The notes beneath the pieces are model-generated. The model made no database searches. It was not told the origin of the DNA and saw only the letters and a program-made list of their open reading frames with translations. From assembly GCA_001783715.1 (NCBI GenBank), contig MFNF01000027.1:3290-67289 (forward strand): a stretch of DNA of 64,000 nucleotides, written 5' to 3'. Position numbers and translations under genes: made by a program. Shown in pieces: positions 35,784-44,770 of the stretch (positions within the stretch are counted from its first letter, which is position 1; every line of letters starts with the position of its first letter). The stretch is from Candidatus Lambdaproteobacteria bacterium RIFOXYD2_FULL_56_26 (GTDB lineage: Bacteria > SAR324 > XYD2-FULL-50-16).

Positions 35784-36224
35784 TCAGGTCTGCCGGAAGG
35801 AGGCTTTGGTGGGCAGGGAGGGTAAAAGCAGGTTGTGGTGCAAACAAAGCGGGTCCAAACAAGCCTTGCAGGGTTGCTCCGGCAGGGGCCGCAACCGAAG
35901 GTTGATCTCCTGCTTGTTGCCCAAAAACTCTGCAGTTTCCCGGGCCAGGGCAAAACCGGAGGAATGGTAGTACCAGTGCAGGTCTAGCTTGGTCCCGTTT
36001 TGTACCAGACCTTCAAGCAACTGGTCCAAAACCAACAACGAAAGATTGTCCAGTTCCTGGATACAAAAGATGACCGAAAGCTCTTTGAATCGCTCTTTCA
36101 AGAGCGATGCGGTCAAGGACCGCAGGAGGCTGGGGCCTATGGGCCGGTAAAAGGGCCCGGTGAGAAACAAACGTTGCTGTTCATTGTCCAGGCGACTGTA
36201 AGGTAGCGTGACGGCGCATTTCAT
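35784..36224 (-). CDS. Degenerate SiaC/DUF1987-like protein with C-terminal CxxCxxxxC
   Basis: L.LTG.FY, F.I..LDNLS, LDLHWYY...A.E.AEF spacing resembles SiaC; start at MKCAV after a GGGGG RBS. Confidence 0.5.
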   Translation of the reverse strand: MKCAVTLPYSRLDNEQQRLFLTGPFYRPIGPSLLRSLTASLLKERFKELSVIFCIQELDNLSLLVLDQLLEGLVQNGTKLDLHWYYHSSGFALARETAEFLGNKQEINLRLRPLPEQPCKACLDPLCLHHNLLLPSLPTKASFRQT

Positions 36225-36572
36225 AATATCCCCCCTGACCAATCGATTTAGGAACATACCAACAGACTTGGACCTCCAAGTCAAAAAAACAATTGGACAA
36301 TTTTGGGCAAAAATCCTGTTTTGGATAAACTTGTACTCCAGCCCCGGACTTGACTTTCCGGCAATTTGGGCTAAATTGAAAAAACATTCATTTACAGTAG
36401 GTTGTATTTAAGAGAGTCTGACAGTTCCTTGGAACAGTCGGTGGCCCCCGGCGCAAGGGGAAGGTTTGGGGGGTATGGGTGGTTTTGGGTTCTTTCCCCG
36501 GATTGGAGGTGTTTTTTGGAAGGATTTTTTGGGAACAGAGGGGACAAACCGCCGAGGGGACTTTGCCTTAGG

Positions 36573-39500
36573 TTGGAGCCGGTTGGGCAGCGCAAACCAA
36601 CCGCCTCGCTTTGGAAGCTATGGCCCCGAGCTTGGGGCCTTTGGTGGGCTTTGGGTTTTGGGCTGTGGCTCGGTGCCTTTGTGGGACCCTCCCTTACCCA
36701 AGCGATTGAGCTTAAAACCGATTTTAAGACCCTCCAGGAAGAGGTGTCCTACCTGAGGGACCCTTCGGGGCTTTTGACCCTCTCAGAGGTGACACAAAGA
36801 ACCGACTTCCGGCCCTTGGAAAGCGGGGGCCAGGATTTTGGTTTCGATCTAGCCACCTTTTGGGTGCGCTTCCCCTTGGCCAACCTTGAGACCAACCCCA
36901 GAATGCTGTACTTGGGGCTGAACCACCCCTCCTTGGACTTTGTGGACCTGTATCTGCTCGGTCCTGCCGGAGAAATCTCCCACTTTGCCCAAGGGGACCA
37001 TGTCGCCCACCGGCTGTGGAGTACCTCGGCCAGGGTGCCTACCTTTACCTTGGACTTGCCGGGTGCTTCACAAAACTGGGTTTACCTGAAGGTGGCCTCC
37101 CAAGCGGCGGTGCAGCTCCCTCTGACTTTGCGAACCGCACCTAACTTTACCCAAGCGGTCCAAACCCAGACCCTCTGGTATGGGTTGTTTTTTGGGGTCT
37201 TGGTGGTGATGGGGCTGTTCAACTTGGCCCTTTGGTTGCCGATCCGAGAAAAGGCTTACCCATATTATGTGGTCACCCTCAGCGGGTTTGCTTTGGCGAC
37301 CCTTTCCTATTCCGGGGTGGGGTACCAGTACCTGTGGGGGGATTCGGTGTATTGGGCCGACCGGGCCACTCCCTTGGGGATCCTGCTCGCTCACTGCGGC
37401 GGGTTTTTGTTTGCCCATGAGTTTATGGGGCTTTCTCGCATTGCCCCCCGCACCGCCAAGCTGGTGTTGTCTCTGAGTGGGGTGGCCGGGCTGCTTGTGG
37501 TGCTGGGCCTGTTTGCCCCGGCCCGTCCGCTTCTTTTGGGGGTGTTGGTGGCAACGGTCCCCGCCGTGGGGGTGATCTTTTGGACCGGGGTCCTCGCTTG
37601 TCGCAGCGGCCTTCGGAGCGCTTGGTTTTACATGGCTTCCTGGGCGTTGGCCGGAGGGGGCGTAGTGGTTCTGATCCTAAAAACCTTTTTGGTTATTCCC
37701 GAACATCCCTTGTTCCAGGGGTCTTTGTATTCGGGGATCTTGGCCAATCTCTTCCTTTTGTCTTTAGGTCTGCTCGACCGAGTTCGGCAGTTGCGAACCG
37801 AAAAAAACCAAGCCCAAAAAGAGGTTTGGGAGGCAGAGGCTCTTGCCTTGGAACACCTCAAGGCCAGCGACCAGTTAAAAACCGAGTTTTTGGCCAACAC
37901 CAGCGAAGAATTGCTCCACCCCTTGGATCTGATCATTTCCCACTGCGAGCTTTTGTTGCAGGACGAACAGGAACCCAAGTCGGCCCAGCTCAACCAAGGG
38001 CTGAGTTTGGTTTATACCCAGGCGAACCGGCTGTTCCACTTGGTGGCCAACATCCTGGACTTCGTCCAACTCAAACAGCACCACCTCAAGCTCAACCTCC
38101 AACCGGTGTACCTGCACAAGGCGGTGGATTTTGTGTTCCTGCTGCACAAGCCCTTGTTGCTCAACCGGGAGCTGCGTCTGGTCAACCAGGTTTCCCCGGA
38201 GTTGCGGCCTGTCTTGGCCGATGCCCAAAGGCTGCACCAGATGTTGTTCAACCTGATCGAAAATGCGGTTTCTTACACCCAAAAAGGCAGCGTAACGGTC
38301 AAGGGTACCGAAAGCGGGACCAGGATTCGGATTGAAGTACAGGACACTGGACCGGGCATGACCTTGGAAGAATTGGCCCGGTTGAAGGAGCCCTTGGAGC
38401 GGGGGCAAACCGGACAAAAGAGCGGTAAACCCGGAGTAGGGTTGGGTCTGGCTCTGGTGGAACGGTTGGCCGCCCTCCATGAGGGGAGCTTTGGGGTTAC
38501 CTCCAGTCGGGGAGAGGGGACCTGTGCCTACCTGGAATTGCCGGTGGCCCCGCCCGGTCAATGGCCGCTTGAAGCGGCGGTCCCCGCTTTTCCCCAAACC
38601 GCCCTGGGCCATCCGGTGCAGCCGGGAGAGTCGGAGCTAGGCTTGGAAGTGGGGACGGTGCTGCTGGTCGAAGATGAACCGCTGGTGGGGGAATTGTTGG
38701 TGCGGATCCTCAAGGGGAACGGTTATCTGGTCCACTGGGTGACTCGGGGGCAGGAAGCGTTGGAACGGCTCAAAGAGGAGCCAGGGATCGATTTGGTGCT
38801 GTTGGACGTGATGCTGCCGGGGCTCGATGGTTTTGAACTCTGCCGGTTGATTCGCAAGGAAAAGAGCGCCCTCAGCCTACCGGTGTTGTTTTTGACCGCC
38901 CGGGTGCAATCCGAGGACTTGGTCCAAGGCTTTAACATCGGGGCCAACGACTATATCTACAAACCGGTGCGCAAGGCCGAACTGCTGGCCAGGGTCGAGT
39001 CCCAGGTGCAGGCCAAGCGGGCGGTCGAGGCGTTGCGGCAGAACCGACTTTTGCAACGGGAGATCGAACGAAGGATCCGTATGGAAGACCTGCTGCGGTC
39101 CTTACGGACAAGGTTGGTGCGCATCTTGGATGGCCTGCCGTTGCCCTTTTTGGTGTTCAACGCCCAAGGCCAAGTGACCTTTGTCAACAAACAGGCCGAG
39201 TCGGTTTGTTCCGTCTCCTTGGAGACTACCAAAGACCTGCGGTTTGAGGACTTGGTGGTGTCGGTCGGTTGGGCCGAATTTTCCCAAGACCCGGGCCGGA
39301 CCCTGTGGGTCCACACCCGGACCGAAGAGGCGATTTCCGGCCATGGGGTCAAGATTCCGGCGGCAGACGAGTCGGAGGTGCTGTTGATTTTGATGCTCCA
39401 AGGCCAGGACCTGGAGTTCGGGCTGCGCCAAAAGACCCTGGAAGCAACGATCCGCAACACCACCCAACTTCTGAGCGCCGAGGACTTGGTCCGGGTCAAC

Positions 39501-39878
39501 GAGACCCGCATCCTGCCCGAACGGCTGGACCACCTGCAAGACGGGGTGAATCCCCCGGACCGAGGCGACCTCAACCAGCTGGCCGCCGAGGTGATGAACC
39601 TTTGTATTGGTGCTTGGGCCGGGGCTACCGGCAAGGACAAGCTGGCCTTGGCCGAAGAGAGCGGCATTTGGACGGTCACTGCCGAAACCACCGGAACCTA
39701 CCGTACCCGGACCCTGGACCGGTACCTGAAGGTCAACAGCCTGCCCAAGAACCCAAGGTGGCGCAATGTGCTGCAAACCGGGTATTTTGTCCGCCAGTTC
39801 CTGGCCCCGGACAGCCCACACGGTCAGCAACTCGAAGGCTTGCTGGTCCGGCTGGAGGGGCTGCTGATTCACCTCTAG
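36573..39878 (+). CDS. 7TMR-DISM hybrid sensor (DISMED2-7TM-HisKA-HATPase-REC-PAS) with C-terminal ChiS-type DNA-binding domain; start uncertain (ORF open from 36402)
   Basis: YLRDPSG.LTL, FWVRF, YGLFFG..VVMGLFNL, NLIENAV, DTGPG, GLGL, LLDVMLPGLDG, C-terminal EESGIW...RTRTLDRYL....PKNPRWR. Confidence 0.9.
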   Translation: MEPVGQRKPTASLWKLWPRAWGLWWALGFGLWLGAFVGPSLTQAIELKTDFKTLQEEVSYLRDPSGLLTLSEVTQRTDFRPLESGGQDFGFDLATFWVRFPLANLETNPRMLYLGLNHPSLDFVDLYLLGPAGEISHFAQGDHVAHRLWSTSARVPTFTLDLPGASQNWVYLKVASQAAVQLPLTLRTAPNFTQAVQTQTLWYGLFFGVLVVMGLFNLALWLPIREKAYPYYVVTLSGFALATLSYSGVGYQYLWGDSVYWADRATPLGILLAHCGGFLFAHEFMGLSRIAPRTAKLVLSLSGVAGLLVVLGLFAPARPLLLGVLVATVPAVGVIFWTGVLACRSGLRSAWFYMASWALAGGGVVVLILKTFLVIPEHPLFQGSLYSGILANLFLLSLGLLDRVRQLRTEKNQAQKEVWEAEALALEHLKASDQLKTEFLANTSEELLHPLDLIISHCELLLQDEQEPKSAQLNQGLSLVYTQANRLFHLVANILDFVQLKQHHLKLNLQPVYLHKAVDFVFLLHKPLLLNRELRLVNQVSPELRPVLADAQRLHQMLFNLIENAVSYTQKGSVTVKGTESGTRIRIEVQDTGPGMTLEELARLKEPLERGQTGQKSGKPGVGLGLALVERLAALHEGSFGVTSSRGEGTCAYLELPVAPPGQWPLEAAVPAFPQTALGHPVQPGESELGLEVGTVLLVEDEPLVGELLVRILKGNGYLVHWVTRGQEALERLKEEPGIDLVLLDVMLPGLDGFELCRLIRKEKSALSLPVLFLTARVQSEDLVQGFNIGANDYIYKPVRKAELLARVESQVQAKRAVEALRQNRLLQREIERRIRMEDLLRSLRTRLVRILDGLPLPFLVFNAQGQVTFVNKQAESVCSVSLETTKDLRFEDLVVSVGWAEFSQDPGRTLWVHTRTEEAISGHGVKIPAADESEVLLILMLQGQDLEFGLRQKTLEATIRNTTQLLSAEDLVRVNETRILPERLDHLQDGVNPPDRGDLNQLAAEVMNLCIGAWAGATGKDKLALAEESGIWTVTAETTGTYRTRTLDRYLKVNSLPKNPRWRNVLQTGYFVRQFLAPDSPHGQQLEGLLVRLEGLLIHL

Positions 39879-39902
39879 GGGGCTTTGGCGGTAAAAGGTA
39901 AT

Positions 39903-40301
39903 CTACCCCAAAAAATGCCGGGTCAGCTGGTCCAAGATTTGATCGGCCTTGGCCGGGTCCTCTGTGGCCGCCACCCCCCAGATGGGGCCCGGCCAGCCCC
40001 GGTCGGTCTTGTACCGGCCAATGACATGGAAGTGGAATTGGGGGGTCAGGTTTCCCAAGGCCCCCAGGTTGATCTTGTCGGGACCAAAGGCCTGGACGAT
40101 GGCCTGGGCCGCAAGGTTGACCTCCTTGATCAACCGGCCCTGGTCGGCCGGACTCAGGTCAAACAGTTCCAACACCCCTTCCCTCTGGGGCACCAGAACC
40201 AACCAAGGCAACTGTGGATCGGGCAGGGCTCTGAGCTGGCACAGCTCCCATTGGGCCAGCAGCCTGGTTCCCGAAGCGAGGTTGGGGTGGAGTTCAAACA
40301 T
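39903..40301 (-). CDS. HIT domain protein
   Basis: FELHPNL, PWLVLVP, PDKINLGALGN..PQFHFHVIGR, DRGWPGPIWG. Confidence 0.9.
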   Translation of the reverse strand: MFELHPNLASGTRLLAQWELCQLRALPDPQLPWLVLVPQREGVLELFDLSPADQGRLIKEVNLAAQAIVQAFGPDKINLGALGNLTPQFHFHVIGRYKTDRGWPGPIWGVAATEDPAKADQILDQLTRHFLG

Positions 40302-40582
40302 TTTGATTTTTTAGAGTAAAACCGGTTGATTTGAGGGTCTGGGTGCCCCGAAAACGCCAAAGGGGTTCTCCCTCTGTCCAGGCAGTCTGAGATAGCCCTT
40401 GATTTGAATTGGCTCTACAGCCCCACCGGGGCCAGAGAAAAACGGCTGGACCCAACCGCCTTGGGAGGCTTGAGAATAGAGTCCTCTTTTTTCCTTTGAT
40501 TTTTGCCGCCGGGGTTTTATGCTGGGCTCATTCTCTGAAAAAACCTGGCTTAGGGCAAGGAAAAAACATTTTCCCTTTGAAC

Positions 40583-41572
40583 ATGAAAAACCGGTTTATT
40601 TGTACCACCCTGGGGCTTTTGGGACTGAGTTTTTACGGCCAAATCGCCTGGGGCAATCCGGTGTTGCGGATTGAGCCCGCAGCCTTGCCGTTGATGGTGA
40701 TGGATTCCCCCGAAACCGCAAAGCCGGTGGCGGAACTGGCGGCAGAGAGTCTGTCCCAATCGGACCCGCTGGAGTCTTTGGAATCGATGGATTCCTTGGA
40801 GACCAACTCCTTAAAAGACCAGCTGGCCCCCTTTGCCCCACCCAACCAAGTAGCCCTCTTGCTGGCCCCGGCTTCAATGGACGGCTCGGATACTAGGGTG
40901 GAGGCCGAGCAGGCGACCGACGGCGGCTTTGTGGACCTGGAAGACGAATTTGGAGCGCCCCAACAAGAGGTCAACGACCCTTTTGCCGGGTACAACCGAG
41001 CGATGACCGGCTTCAACGACTGGGTCTTTTTGTGGCTGCTCAACCCGGTGGCCAAGGGCTGGAGGGCCGTGGTCCCAGAAGGGGGGAGAACCGCCGTTTT
41101 TCGGTTTTTCAAAAACCTGCTGTATCCGTTGCGGCTGGTCAACAACCTCTTGCAAGCCAAGTTGGGCGGGGCGGTGGAAGAAACGGGCCGCTTTGCGGTC
41201 AACAGCACGATTGGCATTTTGGGGCTCTTTGACCCGGCCCAAGCTTGGTTCGGCTGGGAGGCCCACGACGAGGACTTCGGCCAAACCTTAGGGGTCTGGG
41301 GGGTAGGATCGGGGCCGCACATTGTATTGCCCTTCTTGGGGCCTTCCAATCTTCGGGACACCTTTGCCTTGGCCCCCGACTGGTCCTTGGACCCGATCAC
41401 CTACTACGCCAAAGGGTATCCCCAGCAGATCGGCATCTGGACCTTCAAATCGGTCAACGCCACTTCCTTGGACATCGGAGGCTATGAAAGCCTCAAGAAA
41501 GACGCAGTGGACTTTTACCCCTTCTTGAGGGACGTGTACGAACAAAACCGCAAAAAGAAAATCGAGGAATGA
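40583..41572 (+). CDS. mlaA: MlaA/VacJ family protein with acidic N-terminal extension
   Basis: DPFAGYNRAM, RFAVNSTIGILGLFDPA, EDFGQTLG.WG...GP..VLPFLGPS..RD. Confidence 0.9.
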   Translation: MKNRFICTTLGLLGLSFYGQIAWGNPVLRIEPAALPLMVMDSPETAKPVAELAAESLSQSDPLESLESMDSLETNSLKDQLAPFAPPNQVALLLAPASMDGSDTRVEAEQATDGGFVDLEDEFGAPQQEVNDPFAGYNRAMTGFNDWVFLWLLNPVAKGWRAVVPEGGRTAVFRFFKNLLYPLRLVNNLLQAKLGGAVEETGRFAVNSTIGILGLFDPAQAWFGWEAHDEDFGQTLGVWGVGSGPHIVLPFLGPSNLRDTFALAPDWSLDPITYYAKGYPQQIGIWTFKSVNATSLDIGGYESLKKDAVDFYPFLRDVYEQNRKKKIEE

Positions 41573-42198
41573 TCATGAAAAAAACATGGATTGGCTTTTT
41601 GACCTTGGCTCTGGTTTTTTTGTTGGGAACCTTCAGCCGCCCCGCCCTGGCCGACGATACGGCGGCGGTGCAAAAGCTGGTACAGGTCAAGATCACCCAG
41701 GTGATCGACCTGTTGCGGGACAAAAAGATGGCCAAGCCGGAGCGGAACAAGCGGATCCTGGACGTGGTGGTACCGATCTTCGACTTTAAGACTATGGCCC
41801 AGCTGAGCCTGGGCAAGAAATACTGGACCGAAATGACCCCGGCCCAACAAGCCGAGTTCTCCGAGCTTTTTGTCAAACGGTTGCAGGAGTCCTACCTGGA
41901 GAAGCTTGACCTTTACACCGATGAAGACGTAGCGGTGGACGAGGCGGTGTTGGTCAAAAGCCGGATCCACGTCCGGTCCTTTTTGGTCAGCAAGACCGAC
42001 AAAAAGGAGATGATCTACAAGTTTTACCAAGTGGACGAACAGTGGAAAGTGTATGACGTGGAGATCCTGGGGGTTAGCATCGTCCAGACCTACCGGAGCC
42101 AGTTCGACGGGTTGCTCAAGTCCGGCGGCATTGAGCCTCTGCTCGCCAAGCTGCGGGTTGCGGGCAGCTTTACCGTACCTACCGCCGAGGGGAAATAG
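41569..42198 (+). CDS. mlaC: MlaC/Ttg2D (HpnM-like) periplasmic lipid shuttle
   Basis: FDFKTMAQLSLG..W, WKVYDVEILGVSIVQTYRSQF. Confidence 0.9.
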   Translation: MIMKKTWIGFLTLALVFLLGTFSRPALADDTAAVQKLVQVKITQVIDLLRDKKMAKPERNKRILDVVVPIFDFKTMAQLSLGKKYWTEMTPAQQAEFSELFVKRLQESYLEKLDLYTDEDVAVDEAVLVKSRIHVRSFLVSKTDKKEMIYKFYQVDEQWKVYDVEILGVSIVQTYRSQFDGLLKSGGIEPLLAKLRVAGSFTVPTAEGK

Positions 42199-42201
42199 TC
42201 C

Positions 42202-44706
42202 ATGGCCACTTCACTCAAGCGGTTTTACAAGGTAATCTTGGATTACCCCCGTTTTTTTCTGGGGATTTCCTTGGTTTGCATCGGCCTTTTGGGCTACCAA
42301 ATCAAAAACTTGGCGATTGATGCTTCGGCGGAGACTTTGGTTTTGGAGGACGATGCCGACCTCAAGTACTCCAGGATGATCACGGACCGGTACGAAACCG
42401 CCGACTTCGTGGTGATCACCTTAAACCCCAAGGACGGCAATCTGCTTTCCGATGCCACCTTGGCCGGGATCAAGGGGCTCAAGGCCGACCTCTTGGAGCT
42501 TGCGTTTGTGGACTCGGTGACCTCCATCCTGGATGTCCCGTTGCTTGAAAGCCCCCGCAAGCCGATCAAGGAACTGCTGGCCAATGTGCCCTCTTTGGAG
42601 ACCCAACCGGTGGACCGGGGCCTAGCCAAAACCGAGTTTTTGGACAGCCCGGTGTACCAGGAAATGCTGGTCAGCCCCGACTTTTCCACCACCTTGCTGC
42701 AAGTCAACCTCAAGGAAAACAAACAATGGAAGCTGTTGGTCAACCGCCGGTATGCGCTGCGGGAAAAACAGCGGGAACAGGGCTTGACCACCGCCGAAGA
42801 GATTGAACTGGGCCAATTGCAGGCGGAGTTCAAGGGGGTGCGCAACCAAGCGCGGGACGACATTCACCAGACCATCCAAGATGTCCGGGCGGTGATCGAC
42901 CGGCACCGGGACATCGGGACCCTCTTTTTGGGCGGGGTGGACATGATCGCCGACGACATGATCACCTACGTTAAAAACGATCTGGCGGTCTTTGGCACCG
43001 GGGTGTTGCTCTTTTTGGTGATCACCTTGGGGGTGATCTTCCGCCAGTTCATCTGGGTCTTTTTGCCGATGTTGACCTGTTTTGCTTCCGTGGTAGCCAC
43101 GGCGGGGCTTTTGGGGTTGTTTGGCTGGGAAGTGACGGTGATCAGCTCCAACTTTGTCTCCATCCAACTGATCATCACCATGGCCTTGACCATCCACCTG
43201 ATCGTCCGGTACCGGGAGCTGATCTCCGCCGATCCGACCAAAAGCCAAAGACAGTTGGTGGAAGAGACGGTGCTGTTTTTGGCGAAGCCTTGTTTTTACA
43301 TGGTGATCACCACCATGGCCGGTTTTGCTTCCCTGCTTTTGAGCGGCATCCTACCGGTGATCAACTTTGGTTGGATGATGGCCGGCGGTCTGGCCATTTC
43401 CATGTTCCTGACCTTTTGGTTTTTCCCGACCATCCTGGTCATGCTCAAGCCGGTCCGGGCCAACCGGGCCTTTGAGACCAAGTCCTTTTACACCCGCAAG
43501 ATGGCCGAATTGACCGAGCACAAGACCAAATTGATCCTGGTGGTTTCGGGTCTTTTGCTGGTTTGGTGCGTGGTGGGGACGGGGATGCTGCGGGTGGAGA
43601 ACAGCTTTATCGATTATTTTAAGGAAAAATCCGAGATCTACCAGGGCATGAAGGTGATCGACCAGGAACTGGGTGGCACCACTCCCTTCGAGGTAGTCTT
43701 GGACCTGCCCTCCACCAAGACGGCGGGTCCAGACGTGGACGCCGATGGGGCCGAGCCTTCCAGCGAGCTGGACCTGTTTGAAGAGGAATTTGAGGCGGAA
43801 AAGGGCAAGGCCCAGTATTGGTTCACCTCCGACAAAATGGCCCAGATCGAACGGGTCCACGATTACCTCAACTCGGTCCCCGAGACCGGCAAGGTGATGT
43901 CTCTGGGCACCATGATCAAGGTGGGCAAACGACTCAACGACGGTGAGCCCTTGGACAACTTCAAGCTCGCCCTGATCTACAACGAACTGCCGCCCCAGTT
44001 CAGGAAGATTCTGCTGGACCCTTACGTCTCCATTGAAAACGATCAGGTCCGGTTTTACGTCCGGGTGCGGGATTCGGAGCCCGGCCTGCGGCGGGACGAA
44101 CTGCTCAAACGGATCAAAAGAGATCTGCCTGGGGCCACCGGTGTTGCCCCCGAACAGGTCCACCTGACCGGGTTGCTGGTGCTTTACAACAACATGCTGC
44201 AAAGCCTGTTCAACTCCCAGATCCTGTCTTTGGGTGCCACCATCTTGGCGATCATGGCGATGTTTCTGGTGCTGTTTCGGTCGGTCAAGATCAGCTTGGT
44301 GGCCATCCTGCCCAACGTGCTTTCGATCGGTATGGTCTTGGGCTTTATGGGCTGGGTGGGGATTCCCCTGGATATGATGACCATCACCATCGCCTCAATC
44401 AGCGTGGGCATTGCGGTGGACGATACCATCCATTACATCCATCGGTTTAAGGAGGAACTGCAGCTGGACGGGGATTATCTGGCCACCATGCACCGCTGCC
44501 ATGAAAGCATCGGCTACGCCATGTACTACACCTCGGTGACCATCGTGATCGGCTTTTCGATCCTGGTGCTTTCGGCCTTTATCCCGACCATCTACTTTGG
44601 CCTGCTGACCGGCTTGGCCATGGTCATCGCCAACATCACAGCCCTGACCGTCCTGCCGTCCTTGATCCTCTACTGGAAGCCTTTTGGGGAAACAAAAGTC
44701 GCCTGA
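42202..44706 (+). CDS. MMPL/RND family transporter
   Basis: Duplicated TM/periplasmic halves; TTMAGFASL; GIAVDDTIHY. Confidence 0.92.
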   Translation: MATSLKRFYKVILDYPRFFLGISLVCIGLLGYQIKNLAIDASAETLVLEDDADLKYSRMITDRYETADFVVITLNPKDGNLLSDATLAGIKGLKADLLELAFVDSVTSILDVPLLESPRKPIKELLANVPSLETQPVDRGLAKTEFLDSPVYQEMLVSPDFSTTLLQVNLKENKQWKLLVNRRYALREKQREQGLTTAEEIELGQLQAEFKGVRNQARDDIHQTIQDVRAVIDRHRDIGTLFLGGVDMIADDMITYVKNDLAVFGTGVLLFLVITLGVIFRQFIWVFLPMLTCFASVVATAGLLGLFGWEVTVISSNFVSIQLIITMALTIHLIVRYRELISADPTKSQRQLVEETVLFLAKPCFYMVITTMAGFASLLLSGILPVINFGWMMAGGLAISMFLTFWFFPTILVMLKPVRANRAFETKSFYTRKMAELTEHKTKLILVVSGLLLVWCVVGTGMLRVENSFIDYFKEKSEIYQGMKVIDQELGGTTPFEVVLDLPSTKTAGPDVDADGAEPSSELDLFEEEFEAEKGKAQYWFTSDKMAQIERVHDYLNSVPETGKVMSLGTMIKVGKRLNDGEPLDNFKLALIYNELPPQFRKILLDPYVSIENDQVRFYVRVRDSEPGLRRDELLKRIKRDLPGATGVAPEQVHLTGLLVLYNNMLQSLFNSQILSLGATILAIMAMFLVLFRSVKISLVAILPNVLSIGMVLGFMGWVGIPLDMMTITIASISVGIAVDDTIHYIHRFKEELQLDGDYLATMHRCHESIGYAMYYTSVTIVIGFSILVLSAFIPTIYFGLLTGLAMVIANITALTVLPSLILYWKPFGETKVA

Positions 44707-44770
44707 GTTTTTTGGAGGGGCTTGGGGGGGAGAGGAATCTCCCCCGTAGTCTCAGGGCATTAGCGTCAAC

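Noticed and set aside
36265-36289. Hairpin plus A-tract as an intrinsic terminator
   Set aside because: The stem is followed by A, not T, on the + strand, and it lies upstream of both divergent genes; kept only as an operator candidate
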